Shown: positions 21,937 to 32,661, numbered from the stretch's first letter. The stretch: DNA of 64,000 bases from Candidatus Bathyarchaeia archaeon (GCA_038883655.1 JAVZLQ010000001.1:96001-160000); one strand, 5' to 3'. Notes: a model not told the origin generated them from the letters alone. Translations and numbers: made by a program.

Positions 21937-23261
21937 TACTTTCTCACCCTTTGAAGGAAATTATCTAGCACTTGCTCAAGCGAGATTGGTCCGAGAACCT
22001 GAAGTTCGTACTTCACCCTAACAGTTGGCTTACTTATAGTTGTTACTCTTCTAAGGTCTATCGGTGTCCCGATGACCACGACGTCGCATGGCGTGCGCTC
22101 AATTGTTTCTTTTAACTCAGCTATTTGTTTTTCGCCATAACCAAGGGCTGGAAGGATTCCTCCCAAATGCGTGTATTTTTTATACGACTCCTTTATCGAA
22201 CCAACGGCATATGGCTTTGGGTTGACGATTTCACTTGCGCCAAGCCTCTGCGTTATTATTGTTGCTGCTCCATATGGCATGTCGCCATGCGTTAATGTAG
22301 GGCCATCCTCGATTACTAGGGCTCTTTTGCCCTTAACCAGTTCTGGATTGTCAACGGTTATCGGCGAGGCAGCATCTAAAACTATGGCGTTTGGATTAAC
22401 CATTTTAATGTTTTCTTTCACCCGCTTCACATTTTGTGGATCGGCGGTATCCACCTTATTTACAATAACAACATTTGCCATTCGAAGATTTGCCTCGCCT
22501 GGATGGTAGGTAATTTCGTGTCCAGGGCGATGCGGGTCAACCACAACTATGTGTAAGTTTGGTTTGTAGAATGGTATGTCGTTGTTGCCTCCATCCCAAA
22601 CTATAACGTCTGCTTCCTTCTCTGCTTCACGCAAAATCTTTTCGTAGTCAACTCCCGCATAAACTATTATGCCATTGTCAATATGCGGCTCGTATTCCTC
22701 TCTTTCCTCAATCGTGCAATTATGCTTGTCCAAATCTTCATATGAAGCAAAACGTTGACAAACTTGTTTTCTGAGGTCGCCGTATGGCATTGGATGGCGA
22801 ACCACAACAACCCTTAAGCCCTTGTTTTTCAAGATTTTCGCAACCTGCCTTGAAGTTTGGCTTTTTCCCGAACCAGTCCTAACAGCGCCAACAGATACAA
22901 CTGGAACTTTCGCCTCTAACATTGTGTTTTTTGGTCCCATTAGGCGGAAATCTGCTCCGCAGGACAAGGCTATTGACGCTTTGTGCATGACATATTCATG
23001 CGATACATCGCTGTATGCAAAGATAACCTCTTCAACATTATGTTCCTTTATCAAGGCTGGCAGTTTCTCTTCCGGATAAATTGGTATTCCCTTAGGATAG
23101 TTTGGACCCGCAAGTTCTGAAGGGTACACTCTGCCTTCTATTCCTGGAATCTGAGTGGCGGTGAAGGCAACAACCTCATAGGCGTCGTTGTTTCTGAAGT
23201 AGACGTTAAAGTTGTGAAAATCTCTTCCCGCTGCGCCCATTATAATAACTTTCCTTTTCAT
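21936..23261 (-). CDS. COG2403 P-loop protein (annotated cDPG-synthetase-like/GTPase); likely arginine synthetase ArcE
   Basis: GAAGRDFHNFN, RTGSGKSQT, EEREEYEPH, WDGGNND and EDGPTLTHG motifs. Confidence 0.8.
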   Translation of the reverse strand: MKRKVIIMGAAGRDFHNFNVYFRNNDAYEVVAFTATQIPGIEGRVYPSELAGPNYPKGIPIYPEEKLPALIKEHNVEEVIFAYSDVSHEYVMHKASIALSCGADFRLMGPKNTMLEAKVPVVSVGAVRTGSGKSQTSRQVAKILKNKGLRVVVVRHPMPYGDLRKQVCQRFASYEDLDKHNCTIEEREEYEPHIDNGIIVYAGVDYEKILREAEKEADVIVWDGGNNDIPFYKPNLHIVVVDPHRPGHEITYHPGEANLRMANVVIVNKVDTADPQNVKRVKENIKMVNPNAIVLDAASPITVDNPELVKGKRALVIEDGPTLTHGDMPYGAATIITQRLGASEIVNPKPYAVGSIKESYKKYTHLGGILPALGYGEKQIAELKETIERTPCDVVVIGTPIDLRRVTTISKPTVRVKYELQVLGPISLEQVLDNFLQRVRK

Positions 23262-23334
23262 AAATGGTTCCCTTCTAAAACCGTGAGGTTTAATACTACG
23301 GGTTTCATTCCATATAAACCTTAACGTGTCAGCG

Positions 23335-24438
23335 TTACTCTAGTAGACGTAAAACTGTTTCCCCTATGAAGTCTGCCTGTTCCGCTGTTACTCCTGGATG
23401 AACCGGCAAAGAGAAGACTTGTTCAGCTGCCTTTTCTGTTTGTGGGAGCCTTCGCTTTCCGAATTTTTTGTAGAATGGCATTCGATGGATTGGATTTGAA
23501 TAGTAAACCTCTGCTCCTATGCCATTACGCTTTAGCTCCACGACGATTTTATCTCTTTCTGCTCTTTTTGCGTTTTTCAACCTAACGGTGAACAAGTACC
23601 AGCTATGTCTGTATCCTTTTGGTTCCTTTGGCAATTGCAGCTTCTCCGCCTTTTCCAGTTTTTTTGCAAGTTTCTCTGCGTTCCTTCTTCTTTTTTCCAG
23701 AAATTCAGGCAACCGCTTGAGCTGAACATAGCCTATTGCCGCTTCAATTTCTGGCATGCGGTAGTTGTAGCCCAGCATAACGGACATGTATTTTTCCACT
23801 TCGCCGTGGCTTCTCATTGAACGGATTTTATCCGCCAACATATCATCATTAGTTGTTATCATTCCCCCCTCACCAGTTGTCATGTTCTTGCTTGCGTAAA
23901 AGCTCCAACAAGCAATGTCAGCGAATGTTCCAGGAGGTTTTCCCATGTACAATGCGCCGTGTGCTTGGGCGGAGTCTTCAATGACTTTTAGTCCATGTTT
24001 GTCAGCAATTTCTTTTATCGTTTTCATATCTGCTGGCAAACCGTAAAGGTCAACTGGCACTATCGCCCTAGTCTTTTTTGTTATCGCCTCCTCTATTTCT
24101 TCTGCAGAGATGTTGTATGTTTCTGGGTTTATGTCAACGAACACTGGTTTGGCTCCAAGTGCAGCTATCACTTCAGCTGTAGCTACGAAGGTGAAGCTTG
24201 GCACTATAACCTCGTCACCTGGTTTTACACCTGCAGCGGCAACTGCTAGGTGTAGGGCGGCTGTTCCAGAGTTTACCGCTATTGCGTGTTTTGCTTTTAC
24301 ATGCTCTGCATAGGCTTTTTCAAATTTTGAAACCATGGGACCAGCGCCAAGTCCATGCGTTAGAATCCCGCTTTCAAGAACCCTAATAACGGCTTTTATT
24401 TCCTCTGTTCCTATTTGTGGAGCGTTAATTGGAATCAT
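23335..24438 (-). CDS. DegT/DnrJ/EryC1/StrS aminotransferase
   Basis: NSGTAALH, IEDSAQAHG and SFYASKNMTTGEGG motifs. Confidence 0.93.
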   Translation of the reverse strand: MIPINAPQIGTEEIKAVIRVLESGILTHGLGAGPMVSKFEKAYAEHVKAKHAIAVNSGTAALHLAVAAAGVKPGDEVIVPSFTFVATAEVIAALGAKPVFVDINPETYNISAEEIEEAITKKTRAIVPVDLYGLPADMKTIKEIADKHGLKVIEDSAQAHGALYMGKPPGTFADIACWSFYASKNMTTGEGGMITTNDDMLADKIRSMRSHGEVEKYMSVMLGYNYRMPEIEAAIGYVQLKRLPEFLEKRRRNAEKLAKKLEKAEKLQLPKEPKGYRHSWYLFTVRLKNAKRAERDKIVVELKRNGIGAEVYYSNPIHRMPFYKKFGKRRLPQTEKAAEQVFSLPVHPGVTAEQADFIGETVLRLLE

Positions 24439-24518
24439 GGAATCGCCTAGCCCAAAATTCTAGTACACCCTTCTATGTTAAATAATTTCGTTTTTGGCTT
24501 GCTGATAAAAATGGAAAA

Positions 24519-25160
24519 TCAGGGTTTTAAGAAGTTGTTGTTTATGGTTTTTACTCTGTTTAGGAAATCACCCATTTCCTTTTCCACTTCTTCCTTCCGC
24601 TTTGTTAGGAAATCTAGTTCCTCAATGATTTCTTGAAGCCATTCTTTTATGGCGCGTTTACACTCCTCCTCCGTCATATTCTCAAGATATTCTGAAACGT
24701 CTTTTGGTTTGCCTTTCTTCAGCAAATTTAACGGGTAATTTATTTGCTGAAACTTTGAGAATGGAAAGAAATGTCTTGTTGAACGTGGCTTCATTAGGCG
24801 CCCGCTTATTCCAGCCGATATGACATCTTCAATTGGTATTTCCGCGTCTTGATCATAAATGTACCGATGAATTCTTCTTTTCCCTACGCGTATCCCAAGG
24901 TTTTTGCTTGCGTCCACGAGTATTGTTGGTATAAGCGTGTATCCTATGTTTTTGAGGGCGAGCCAGCGGTGCATTCCATCCAGTATCACGCGCGTCTTTT
25001 CGTCTGCTATTATTGGATATTTTAGCACTCCGTCTCTGGTTATCTCTTGCTTAAGGATTTCAAGGTATAGCGGCGAACCCTTCTCATGGGGTTTTAACTC
25101 ATCTACGGGCAGCACAACCACTTTTAAATTTGCTTTTTTCTCCAGTGTTGTCGACGTCAA
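24519..25160 (-). CDS. ParB/Srx-fold protein, SerK/SbnI-like free serine kinase candidate
   Basis: LKPHE, PIIAD, ILDGMHRW and STRH motifs. Confidence 0.7.
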   Translation of the reverse strand: MTSTTLEKKANLKVVVLPVDELKPHEKGSPLYLEILKQEITRDGVLKYPIIADEKTRVILDGMHRWLALKNIGYTLIPTILVDASKNLGIRVGKRRIHRYIYDQDAEIPIEDVISAGISGRLMKPRSTRHFFPFSKFQQINYPLNLLKKGKPKDVSEYLENMTEEECKRAIKEWLQEIIEELDFLTKRKEEVEKEMGDFLNRVKTINNNFLKP

Positions 25161-25171
25161 TCATTTCACCG

Positions 25172-26527
25172 TCAGCGCTTGAAAACTGGAACTTCGATTT
25201 TTTCAGGTTCATAATCGACAAGTTTGCCCGATAGGAACTGCTCATACGCTGACAAATCAAGCAAACCGTGTCCGCTGTAGTTCATTGCGATAACCTTCTT
25301 CTTGTTTGTTCGCTTGCAGTTCAAGGCTTCGTCTATGACGAATTTTAGACTGTGCGCGGTTTCTGGAGCTATTATTAAGCCTTCTGTTTGCGCCAGAATT
25401 TGGGCTGCTTGGAAAATTTCTGTTTGGCTGTATGCGACTGAGCGCATGTACCCCTCATAGATCAGGTATGATATTAGCGGCGCCATTCCATGATACCTTA
25501 AGCCGCCAGCGTGAATCGGTGGGCAAGCATACCCATGACCGATTGTTAACATTTTAAGTAGCGGTGTCATCTCACCAGTATCGCCATAGTCATATGTGTA
25601 AACGCCTTTTGTAGTGTGCGGCACGGCTTTCGATTCGCAAGCAATGAATTCGGTTTCCGTTTTGCCCTTAAGTTTATCCATCATAAATGGGAAGCAGAAA
25701 CCAGCGTAGTTTGAGCCTCCTCCTATGCAACCACAAACAACGTCTGGATACTCGCCTATAAGTTCAAACTGCTTTTTTGCTTCTAACCCTATAATCGTTT
25801 GGTGCATTAGTACGTGATTCAGCACCGAACCCAAAGAATACCGCGTGTCCTCGTTTGTTAATGTGTCTTCAATGGCTTCTGTTATGGCTATGCCAAGCGT
25901 TCCCGGATGGTTTGGGTTCTCCTTTAGGAGTTTCCTTCCGAAGCTTGTTTGGTCGCTTGGTGATGAAAACATTTCAGCGCCATAGACTTGCGCTATTATC
26001 CTTCTTCCTGGTTTTTGTTGGTAGCTTGCTCGAACCATGTATATGCGGCATTTTAAGTCGAAAATTGTGCATGAAAAAGCTAATGCTGTGCCCCACTGTC
26101 CAGCGCCAGTTTCTGTTACAAGTCGCTTTATTCCCTGCGCCTTGTTATAGTACGCTTGTGCAAGCGCCGTGTTTGTTTTGTGGCTTCCAGTTGGACTAAA
26201 GTTTTCACATTTAAAGTAGATGTGCGCTGGAGTCTTCAAGTATTGTTCAAGTCTTTTTGCGCGGTACAACGGTGTTGGTCTTGGAAGCCTTAGATACGCG
26301 TCTAAAACTTCATCTGGTATTTTTATGAAGCGCTCCGTGGATACTTCTTGCCTTATCAGTTCCTTTGCGAATATTCTCTCTAGGACTTGTGGGCTTATTG
26401 GCTGCATTGTTGTTGGATCTAATGGTGGCGGTAATGGTTCTGGCAAGTCCGCTTGTATGTTGTACCATTGTTCTGGAATTTCGTCCGGGTTTAAGGGAAT
26501 GAAGCATTCTTTTGCGTTGCCTTTCAT
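25172..26527 (-). CDS. trpB2: Tryptophan synthase beta-2 (TrpB2)
   Basis: WYNIQADLP, GSHKTN, ETGAGQWG, GGGSN and GGLRYHG motifs. Confidence 0.95.
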   Translation of the reverse strand: MKGNAKECFIPLNPDEIPEQWYNIQADLPEPLPPPLDPTTMQPISPQVLERIFAKELIRQEVSTERFIKIPDEVLDAYLRLPRPTPLYRAKRLEQYLKTPAHIYFKCENFSPTGSHKTNTALAQAYYNKAQGIKRLVTETGAGQWGTALAFSCTIFDLKCRIYMVRASYQQKPGRRIIAQVYGAEMFSSPSDQTSFGRKLLKENPNHPGTLGIAITEAIEDTLTNEDTRYSLGSVLNHVLMHQTIIGLEAKKQFELIGEYPDVVCGCIGGGSNYAGFCFPFMMDKLKGKTETEFIACESKAVPHTTKGVYTYDYGDTGEMTPLLKMLTIGHGYACPPIHAGGLRYHGMAPLISYLIYEGYMRSVAYSQTEIFQAAQILAQTEGLIIAPETAHSLKFVIDEALNCKRTNKKKVIAMNYSGHGLLDLSAYEQFLSGKLVDYEPEKIEVPVFKR

Positions 26528-26641
26528 TCTTTTCGCTCCTACATGTACTTTTTTGTTCTTTTATGTACGGTAGTATACCTCTAAATGCGCGAACATATTT
26601 ATACTTTATTGCGCAAAAATGTACATGAAGGAAACTGGAAC

Positions 26642-27145
26642 ATGTGGAGTACAATCAAAAAATACCTTGAAAACCACCCGGAAAGACTAAAAGTTGCGCG
26701 TGTCCTCGTAGAAAACGGACTGAGCGTAAAAAACACGAAAATATTCCTAAACGAAATTGAGATTCCTCCAATCCGTGTGGCACGAGTTGCTGGCGTAGAT
26801 AGGCGAACAGTAAACGAGACGTTGAAGGCTATTAGCGCAAATCGTGAACTTTGCCAAATCTTTGAGGGATTACGGAACGCTGGGCACTCCCTAAAAGAAA
26901 TCGCGAAGCACCTAAACTTTGGGGTCTTGGAAATAACGCCTGTTGACGCTAGAATGCCTGGCATACTTGCCAATTCAGCCTTAATATTGGCTGAAAATGG
27001 CTTAAGCATTCGTCAAGCTATTGTGGATGACCCTGAACTTTCTCCCGAGCCCAAACTTACGTTAATTGTTGAGAAGAAAATTCCAGGTGAGCTTATTCCA
27101 AAGTTTCTAAGGGTTAATGGAGTAGCTAAAGTTTCAGTTTATTAA
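26642..27145 (+). CDS. ACT-domain regulator of amino-acid metabolism (COG2150-like)
   Basis: GVDRRTV HTH-like segment, PGILA, SIRQAIVDDPEL; start moved to ATG 26642. Confidence 0.85.
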   Translation: MWSTIKKYLENHPERLKVARVLVENGLSVKNTKIFLNEIEIPPIRVARVAGVDRRTVNETLKAISANRELCQIFEGLRNAGHSLKEIAKHLNFGVLEITPVDARMPGILANSALILAENGLSIRQAIVDDPELSPEPKLTLIVEKKIPGELIPKFLRVNGVAKVSVY

Positions 27146-27159
27146 AGGCATAAACAACA

Positions 27160-28953
27160 TTATGGTATGTTCAAATTGTCAAAGTAAATTATTATCCACT
27201 TGTCTCCTCTCTGCTCAATGTGCATGGTAACGCTGTTTCCTCTTTCTGTTGCCATCAACTCGTTCCATTGGTCGGTTCGCAGGTCTTTGGGTGTTGCCTC
27301 AACCCACTGATAAGTTGTGTTGTATAACTGTAGGACTATGTGTGTTGTTCCATCCTCGACATACTCGTACTTATCGCGGACGGTCTCGTGAAGTTCAATG
27401 TATGTTATGGCGCCGAAAAGTTTTATGAAATCTATGCGTGTTTTGCTCACTAGTTGTGTGCTTGTTAATTCCTCAGTCATCATGTTTATTACTACTTTAC
27501 TGGTTTCCCAAGCGTCTACTATTGCAAATCCAGCCAAGTAAATGGTTTCGTCTGGTTCGCTGGTGCCTTCACGCCAATAAATCGGCACGTACCATGCGAG
27601 CCTATAAGTATTTGAAACGTTAACTGGGTATAATAGTGGCATTTCCGCGTAGTAAATTCCCGCGGCTGGTTTTGGCAATTTTCCTTCCACAATGTCTTCC
27701 GCCGTCATGCCAGATATGTAATTGCTTAGCCTATAATCGTAAAAGAATATGCCGTCACGCGTGGCTTTGAAGACGCCTGCTAGCGTTCTCTGGTTTCCGT
27801 AGGGGTTAACGCATACAATCGCTACCATGTCGTTTGTTTCCGGGTCTAAGACGTATCGCGTGTCCTCTGTCATTTGGAAGCGCTCGCGGCTCGGCGGTAT
27901 TATCCACAAGAAGCCTCCAGCCCAATAGTCAAAACCTTCTCCTCTTCTGAAGCATCCCATCTCGTTTATCATTTCCTCAAGCCAATTCTCATCGTAAACC
28001 TGCGTAATCCAGTCGGGGACTATGGACAAATCGTTTCCGTCATATCTCAAGCTGCCTTGTGAATCGTAGATTATGGGTTTTTCATATCTCCTTATGAGGT
28101 CAAAACCAACATTGTAGCGTGTTAAAACGTATAGTGTTTCATTTGTTGTTGAGTTCCATGTTGCGTATGCCACGCCATAGCTTTGCGATGTGTCTGCCAT
28201 GTAAGAGCGGAAATGTATGTTGTGGTCCCACCACAAGTTTTCTCCAACAGCGAATTCTACATGTAGTGTTTCTGGTGGCGCAGCTGGGTCTGTTGCGTCT
28301 ATTATGACGAATCCTTTAACATAGTTTTCCGCCAACACGTTTGTCGAGCCTATGACTGCAACCCAAACAAGTTTTCCTTGTGGAGATTTTGTTATGTGGC
28401 AGTCCAAAACGCGCATGTTGCTGCCAAACTCTGACATATGCCTACGCGCAATTGAAACTGCCAACTCCTTTGTTACTAAACGAACCATGTTATCTGGAAT
28501 TTCCTTGCTGAAGGGAAACTCCGAACTTTTAAATGTTATGAAATTGTTAAAGTAGGCGGCGTTTGCCACCCTTTGAATTTGCCAGAAAACAACAGCCAAA
28601 GAAATCGAAAGTAAATAAATCAAAAATAGGGCTACAACTATTTTTCCTCTAACTTTTGCAGACAATTTCAATGGAACATGGCGATGACGTGGATAAAGGT
28701 GTTCTGTTGCACCTTCTTCTTCCAAATGCTTTAGGGAAAACGCTGATTCAATAAGCGCCGCAAAAGCCCTTGTGAATATGAGTATGTATATGAAGATGCT
28801 TAGGGGTGTACGCGAAAACTGAACTATAAAGAAAATGAATAATCCTAAAAGGAGTGAAACAAATCTGGCGGGAGATTTCCATTTTGGTTTTCTCGGCGGG
28901 ATTGGAATGTACCACACAAAAGCCCATATCAACAGTAGTATGAACAAGTTCAA
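27160..28953 (-). CDS. Membrane-anchored hypothetical protein
   Basis: Several N-terminal transmembrane helices followed by a large aromatic-rich soluble domain. Confidence 0.7.
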   Translation of the reverse strand: MNLFILLLIWAFVWYIPIPPRKPKWKSPARFVSLLLGLFIFFIVQFSRTPLSIFIYILIFTRAFAALIESAFSLKHLEEEGATEHLYPRHRHVPLKLSAKVRGKIVVALFLIYLLSISLAVVFWQIQRVANAAYFNNFITFKSSEFPFSKEIPDNMVRLVTKELAVSIARRHMSEFGSNMRVLDCHITKSPQGKLVWVAVIGSTNVLAENYVKGFVIIDATDPAAPPETLHVEFAVGENLWWDHNIHFRSYMADTSQSYGVAYATWNSTTNETLYVLTRYNVGFDLIRRYEKPIIYDSQGSLRYDGNDLSIVPDWITQVYDENWLEEMINEMGCFRRGEGFDYWAGGFLWIIPPSRERFQMTEDTRYVLDPETNDMVAIVCVNPYGNQRTLAGVFKATRDGIFFYDYRLSNYISGMTAEDIVEGKLPKPAAGIYYAEMPLLYPVNVSNTYRLAWYVPIYWREGTSEPDETIYLAGFAIVDAWETSKVVINMMTEELTSTQLVSKTRIDFIKLFGAITYIELHETVRDKYEYVEDGTTHIVLQLYNTTYQWVEATPKDLRTDQWNELMATERGNSVTMHIEQRGDKWIIIYFDNLNIP

Positions 28954-29063
28954 ATTTGCTGCCTCACTTAAAGTCTAAAACTTTTATATATTTAAGTTGA
29001 TGGATAAAAAATAATCTTATTATCCAACTATACTCTTTAACATAAAAGCAACAGAGGCTTGCT

Positions 29064-30173
29064 ATGAGTTATACAGTTAAATGTTCAGCTTGCAATCGCT
29101 CTTCAAATAACTTGCTAGAGTTTAAGTGTCCCTCTTGTGGAAGTCCGCTTAACGTTCATATAAACATAAAATTTGAAAATAAAGAGATTCTTAAAAAACG
29201 CCACAACCTATGGCGCTACGCGAAGTTTTTCCCATATGTAGATGGCGGAAGCATCATAACTCTGGGCGAAGGCTGGACGCCTCTAGTCAAATTTTTCAGA
29301 AACTTGCATTTTAAGCTTGAAAACCTTAATCCCACTGGTTCCTTTAAAGACAGAGGCTCTGCAGTTCTCATGTCAGCGTTGCACAAACATATCAAAAAGG
29401 CGAATGGCTATATCGCCGAAGATTCTTCTGGCAACGCTGGTGCCTCAATTGCGGCTTACGCTGCACGTGCTGGTTTAAAAGCGAAAATCTACGTCCCAGA
29501 AAATGTTTCTGGACCAAAATTTAATCAAATAAAATTTTATGGTGCTGATGTTGTTAAGGTTTCTGGTAGCAGAAGCAATGTGGCTGAAGAGGCGCAGAAA
29601 GTTGAAAGTGGCAAAGTCTATGTTGGACATATCCTTCATCCGCTTTTCAGGGAAGGCATAAAAAGTCTCGCTTATGAAATTGCTGAACAGTTTGATTGGC
29701 GTGTTCCAGAAAGGATTTACTTGCCAGTTTCCGCTGGGACTCTCTTATTGGGCGTTATAAATGGATTCAAACATTTACTTGATTCTGGCGAGATTAAAGT
29801 TATGCCTAAAATCGTGGCTTGCCAAACACGGCAAGTTTCACCTTTATACCATAAATTCAAAGGTCTCCCTTACACTCCGCCTAAACGGATAAGCTCCATC
29901 GCAGACGCCTTAGTTAGCGTTAATCCACCACTTTTAGATATTATGGTTAAAAGCTTGAAAGAAGCTGATGGTGATGCCTTTTTGGTTGAGGAGAACGAGA
30001 TTTTTGACGCTTTTTTGGAGCTTGCAAAGAAAGGCTTCTTTGTTGAGCCAAGCTCCGCCGTTGCTTACGCCGCCTACAAGAAGCATGTTGAAAGCGGTGA
30101 AACATCAAAAGGTGAGGATTCAGTCGTTGTTCTCACTGGAAGTGGATTGAAAACCGCGTTGCAGCCAATCTAG
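29064..30173 (+). CDS. Threonine synthase-like PLP enzyme
   Basis: N-terminal Zn ribbon, LGEGWTP, NPTGSFKDRG and DSSGNAG motifs. Confidence 0.88.
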   Translation: MSYTVKCSACNRSSNNLLEFKCPSCGSPLNVHINIKFENKEILKKRHNLWRYAKFFPYVDGGSIITLGEGWTPLVKFFRNLHFKLENLNPTGSFKDRGSAVLMSALHKHIKKANGYIAEDSSGNAGASIAAYAARAGLKAKIYVPENVSGPKFNQIKFYGADVVKVSGSRSNVAEEAQKVESGKVYVGHILHPLFREGIKSLAYEIAEQFDWRVPERIYLPVSAGTLLLGVINGFKHLLDSGEIKVMPKIVACQTRQVSPLYHKFKGLPYTPPKRISSIADALVSVNPPLLDIMVKSLKEADGDAFLVEENEIFDAFLELAKKGFFVEPSSAVAYAAYKKHVESGETSKGEDSVVVLTGSGLKTALQPI

Positions 30174-30207
30174 GGGTTGCAGAATCTAACTTTGGGCTAT
30201 CTTTTTA

Positions 30208-30221
30208 GAAAAATTTATATT
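30208..30221 (+). promoter_or_regulatory. BRE/TATA promoter of the thermosome gene
   Basis: GAAAAATTTATAT followed by a GGAGGAGG ribosome-binding site. Confidence 0.55.
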
Positions 30222-30265
30222 GTAATGATGTTTCTCATTGAGACGCACGGAGGAGGTTATCTGAT

Positions 30266-31897
30266 TTGTCAACACCTGGCGGAGTTCCAGTTTTAATATT
30301 GAAGGAAGGTTCAAGTCGAAGCAGAGGTAGAGAAGCGCAACACGCAAATATTATGGCGGCGCGAATTGTAGCTGAAACCGTTAAAAGTTCTCTTGGACCA
30401 AAGGGTATGGATAAAATGCTTGTTGACAGCTTCGGCGACGTCACAATAACAAGTGATGGGCGCACAATCCTTGACGAAATGGATGTTCAACATCCAGCCG
30501 CCAAAATGATGGTTGAAGTTGCAAAAACACAGGATAACGAAGCTGGTGATGGAACAACAACGGCTGTGATAATCGCAGGAGAACTTCTAAACAAGGCTGA
30601 AGAACTTATCGGAAAAAACATTCACCCGACAATAATAATCGACGGTTACAAGAAGGCCTCTGAGAAGGCACTTGAGGTTCTCGACGAAATAGCCATAAAA
30701 GCTGGGACAAAAATGCAGGAATATGCAAAGATGGTTGCAATGACTTCGATGGCAAGTAAGCTTGTCGCTGAACACCGAGAATACTTGGCTGATTTAGCTG
30801 TAAAAGCAATTCTTGAGGTTGCGGAAAAAGAAAATGGCAAGTACAAGGTGGATGTCGACGACGTTAAAGTCGAGAAGAAACCGGGCGAATCACTAAGAGA
30901 TACAAGGCTTATTCAAGGCATAGTTTTAGATAAGGAAGTTGTACATTCTGGAATGCCCAAGCGCGTGGAAAACGCGAAGATTGCTTTGCTCGACGCTTCC
31001 CTCGAAATTGAGAAGACAGAGTTTGACGCCAAAATAAACATTGAAAGTCCAGAGCAGATGGAGGCTTTTCTCAAGCAAGAAGAAGAAATGCTGAAAAACA
31101 TGGTTGACAAGCTTGTTGCTGTTGGCGCAAACGTTGTTCTATGCCAAAAAGGCATAGACGACATGGCACAACACTTCTTGGCTAGAAATGGAATATTAGC
31201 TGTTCGTCGCATCAAAAAATCAGACATGGAGAAGCTTGCAAAAGCTACCGGAGGAAAAATAATAACAAACATTGACGATATGAGTCCAGCAGATCTCGGC
31301 TACGCAAGCCTAGTTGAGGAACGCAAAATAGGCGACGACAAAATGACGTTCATAGAGGGTTGCAAGCACCCAAGAGCCGTTACAATACTGATAAGGGGCG
31401 GCACAGAACGCATAGTGGATGAAGCAGAAAGGTCGCTTCACGATGCGCTTTGCGTAGTCAAAGACGTAATTGAAGAACCAAAAATACTAGCTGGAGGCGG
31501 AGCACCAGAACTCGAAATTTCAAGAGTTCTCAAGAAGTACGCTGAAACACTGCCTGGAAGAGAGCAACTTGCAGTCAAAAGCTTCGCAGAAGCCTTGGAA
31601 GCAGTCCCAATAACCCTAACTGAAAATGCGGGACTGGACCCAATTGATGTGCTTTCAGAACTTAGGGCTCGCCACGAAAAAGGCGAGGTCTGGACTGGCA
31701 TAGAGGTGCTTTCTGGAAAAGTTCAGGACATGGCTTCTGCTGGAGTTTTTGAGCCTTTAGCTGTTAAAAAGCAGATCATTAAATCGGCTACTGAAGCAGC
31801 TTCGATGATATTGAAGATTGACGATATAATTGCTGCTGGTAAGATGAAGACTCCAACACCTCCGAAGGGTATGCCAGAGGGTGCTGGAGAGTATTAA
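30266..31897 (+). CDS. ths: Thermosome (group II chaperonin) subunit
   Basis: [16 protein letters not shown] and GGGAPE motifs. Confidence 0.97.
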   Translation: MSTPGGVPVLILKEGSSRSRGREAQHANIMAARIVAETVKSSLGPKGMDKMLVDSFGDVTITSDGRTILDEMDVQHPAAKMMVEVAKTQDNEAGDGTTTAVIIAGELLNKAEELIGKNIHPTIIIDGYKKASEKALEVLDEIAIKAGTKMQEYAKMVAMTSMASKLVAEHREYLADLAVKAILEVAEKENGKYKVDVDDVKVEKKPGESLRDTRLIQGIVLDKEVVHSGMPKRVENAKIALLDASLEIEKTEFDAKINIESPEQMEAFLKQEEEMLKNMVDKLVAVGANVVLCQKGIDDMAQHFLARNGILAVRRIKKSDMEKLAKATGGKIITNIDDMSPADLGYASLVEERKIGDDKMTFIEGCKHPRAVTILIRGGTERIVDEAERSLHDALCVVKDVIEEPKILAGGGAPELEISRVLKKYAETLPGREQLAVKSFAEALEAVPITLTENAGLDPIDVLSELRARHEKGEVWTGIEVLSGKVQDMASAGVFEPLAVKKQIIKSATEAASMILKIDDIIAAGKMKTPTPPKGMPEGAGEY

Positions 31898-31924
31898 AAA
31901 ACGTCTAAAAAAGAGAAAAAAATC

Positions 31925-32164
31925 TTGATAGGTCCACCAAAACTTACCCGCTTTGAAAGAGCTAGGATAGTTGGCGCTAGGGCTTTGCAAATATCTATGG
32001 GCGCGCCGATACTTGTTGATGTTTCAGAGGGCTTCTCAAGTCCCATAGACATTGCGCTAAAAGAGCTTGAAGCTGGAATACTGCCAATAACCATTAGGCG
32101 AGTGTTGCCAGATGGCACCTATCAGGATATTCCACTGAAGTGGCTTTTGGAAGGAGAAGAATAA
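31925..32164 (+). CDS. rpoK: RNA polymerase subunit Rpo6 (K)
   Basis: [22 protein letters not shown]; start position uncertain. Confidence 0.95.
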   Translation: MIGPPKLTRFERARIVGARALQISMGAPILVDVSEGFSSPIDIALKELEAGILPITIRRVLPDGTYQDIPLKWLLEGEE

Positions 32165-32169
32165 CCCAT

Positions 32170-32661
32170 TTAACTGTTTTTATTTATGTTTGTTTTTAAA
32201 ATTTCTTTTGCCTCTTCAAGAGTTTTCCTAATTCTTGTCCAGTGGGCGCCTTGCCAATAAACTTGTCCACACTTTGGGCATCGCCAAAACTCGTCGTAAA
32301 ATTTGAAGGTGGTTTTCTCAACCTTATTTTCTACACTTTCTTTTGGAACAGGTTTTACACGCGTGTTGCATTTTGGGCAACGCGAAACCTTTAGGTCTAT
32401 ATCTAACGAGATTCTGTATCTTTTCGCTAACCGCGCAAGCCTTTCAGCTTCATTTGTTCCTTCCAAATAAAAGGCGTTAATACCCTTAGCCGTTGCTTGC
32501 TGGTAAAGCTCCAAATCTCTTGTAAGCAAAATTCTTCTTTCCTTTTTGGCTAATGCCATCAGCTGCGCATCATCCAGCCTATTTGAATACTTCACGTTAT
32601 GCCCTAACATGCGGAGCCAACGCGTCAGCTTTCCAAGCATACCATCAGCAATAAACTTCAA
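32170..32661 (-). CDS. Mut7-C RNase domain protein (PIN-like plus Zn ribbon)
   Basis: FIADGMLGKLTRWLRMLG, LLTRD and RCPKCN...CPKCGQVYWQGAH motifs. Confidence 0.9.
   Translation of the reverse strand: MKFIADGMLGKLTRWLRMLGHNVKYSNRLDDAQLMALAKKERRILLTRDLELYQQATAKGINAFYLEGTNEAERLARLAKRYRISLDIDLKVSRCPKCNTRVKPVPKESVENKVEKTTFKFYDEFWRCPKCGQVYWQGAHWTRIRKTLEEAKEILKTNINKNS

Noticed and set aside
30225-30264. Possible C/D box sRNA (ATGATGT...CTGA)
   Set aside because: The C box is imperfect, there are no convincing C'/D' boxes, and the sequence is explained as the thermosome leader and ribosome-binding site.
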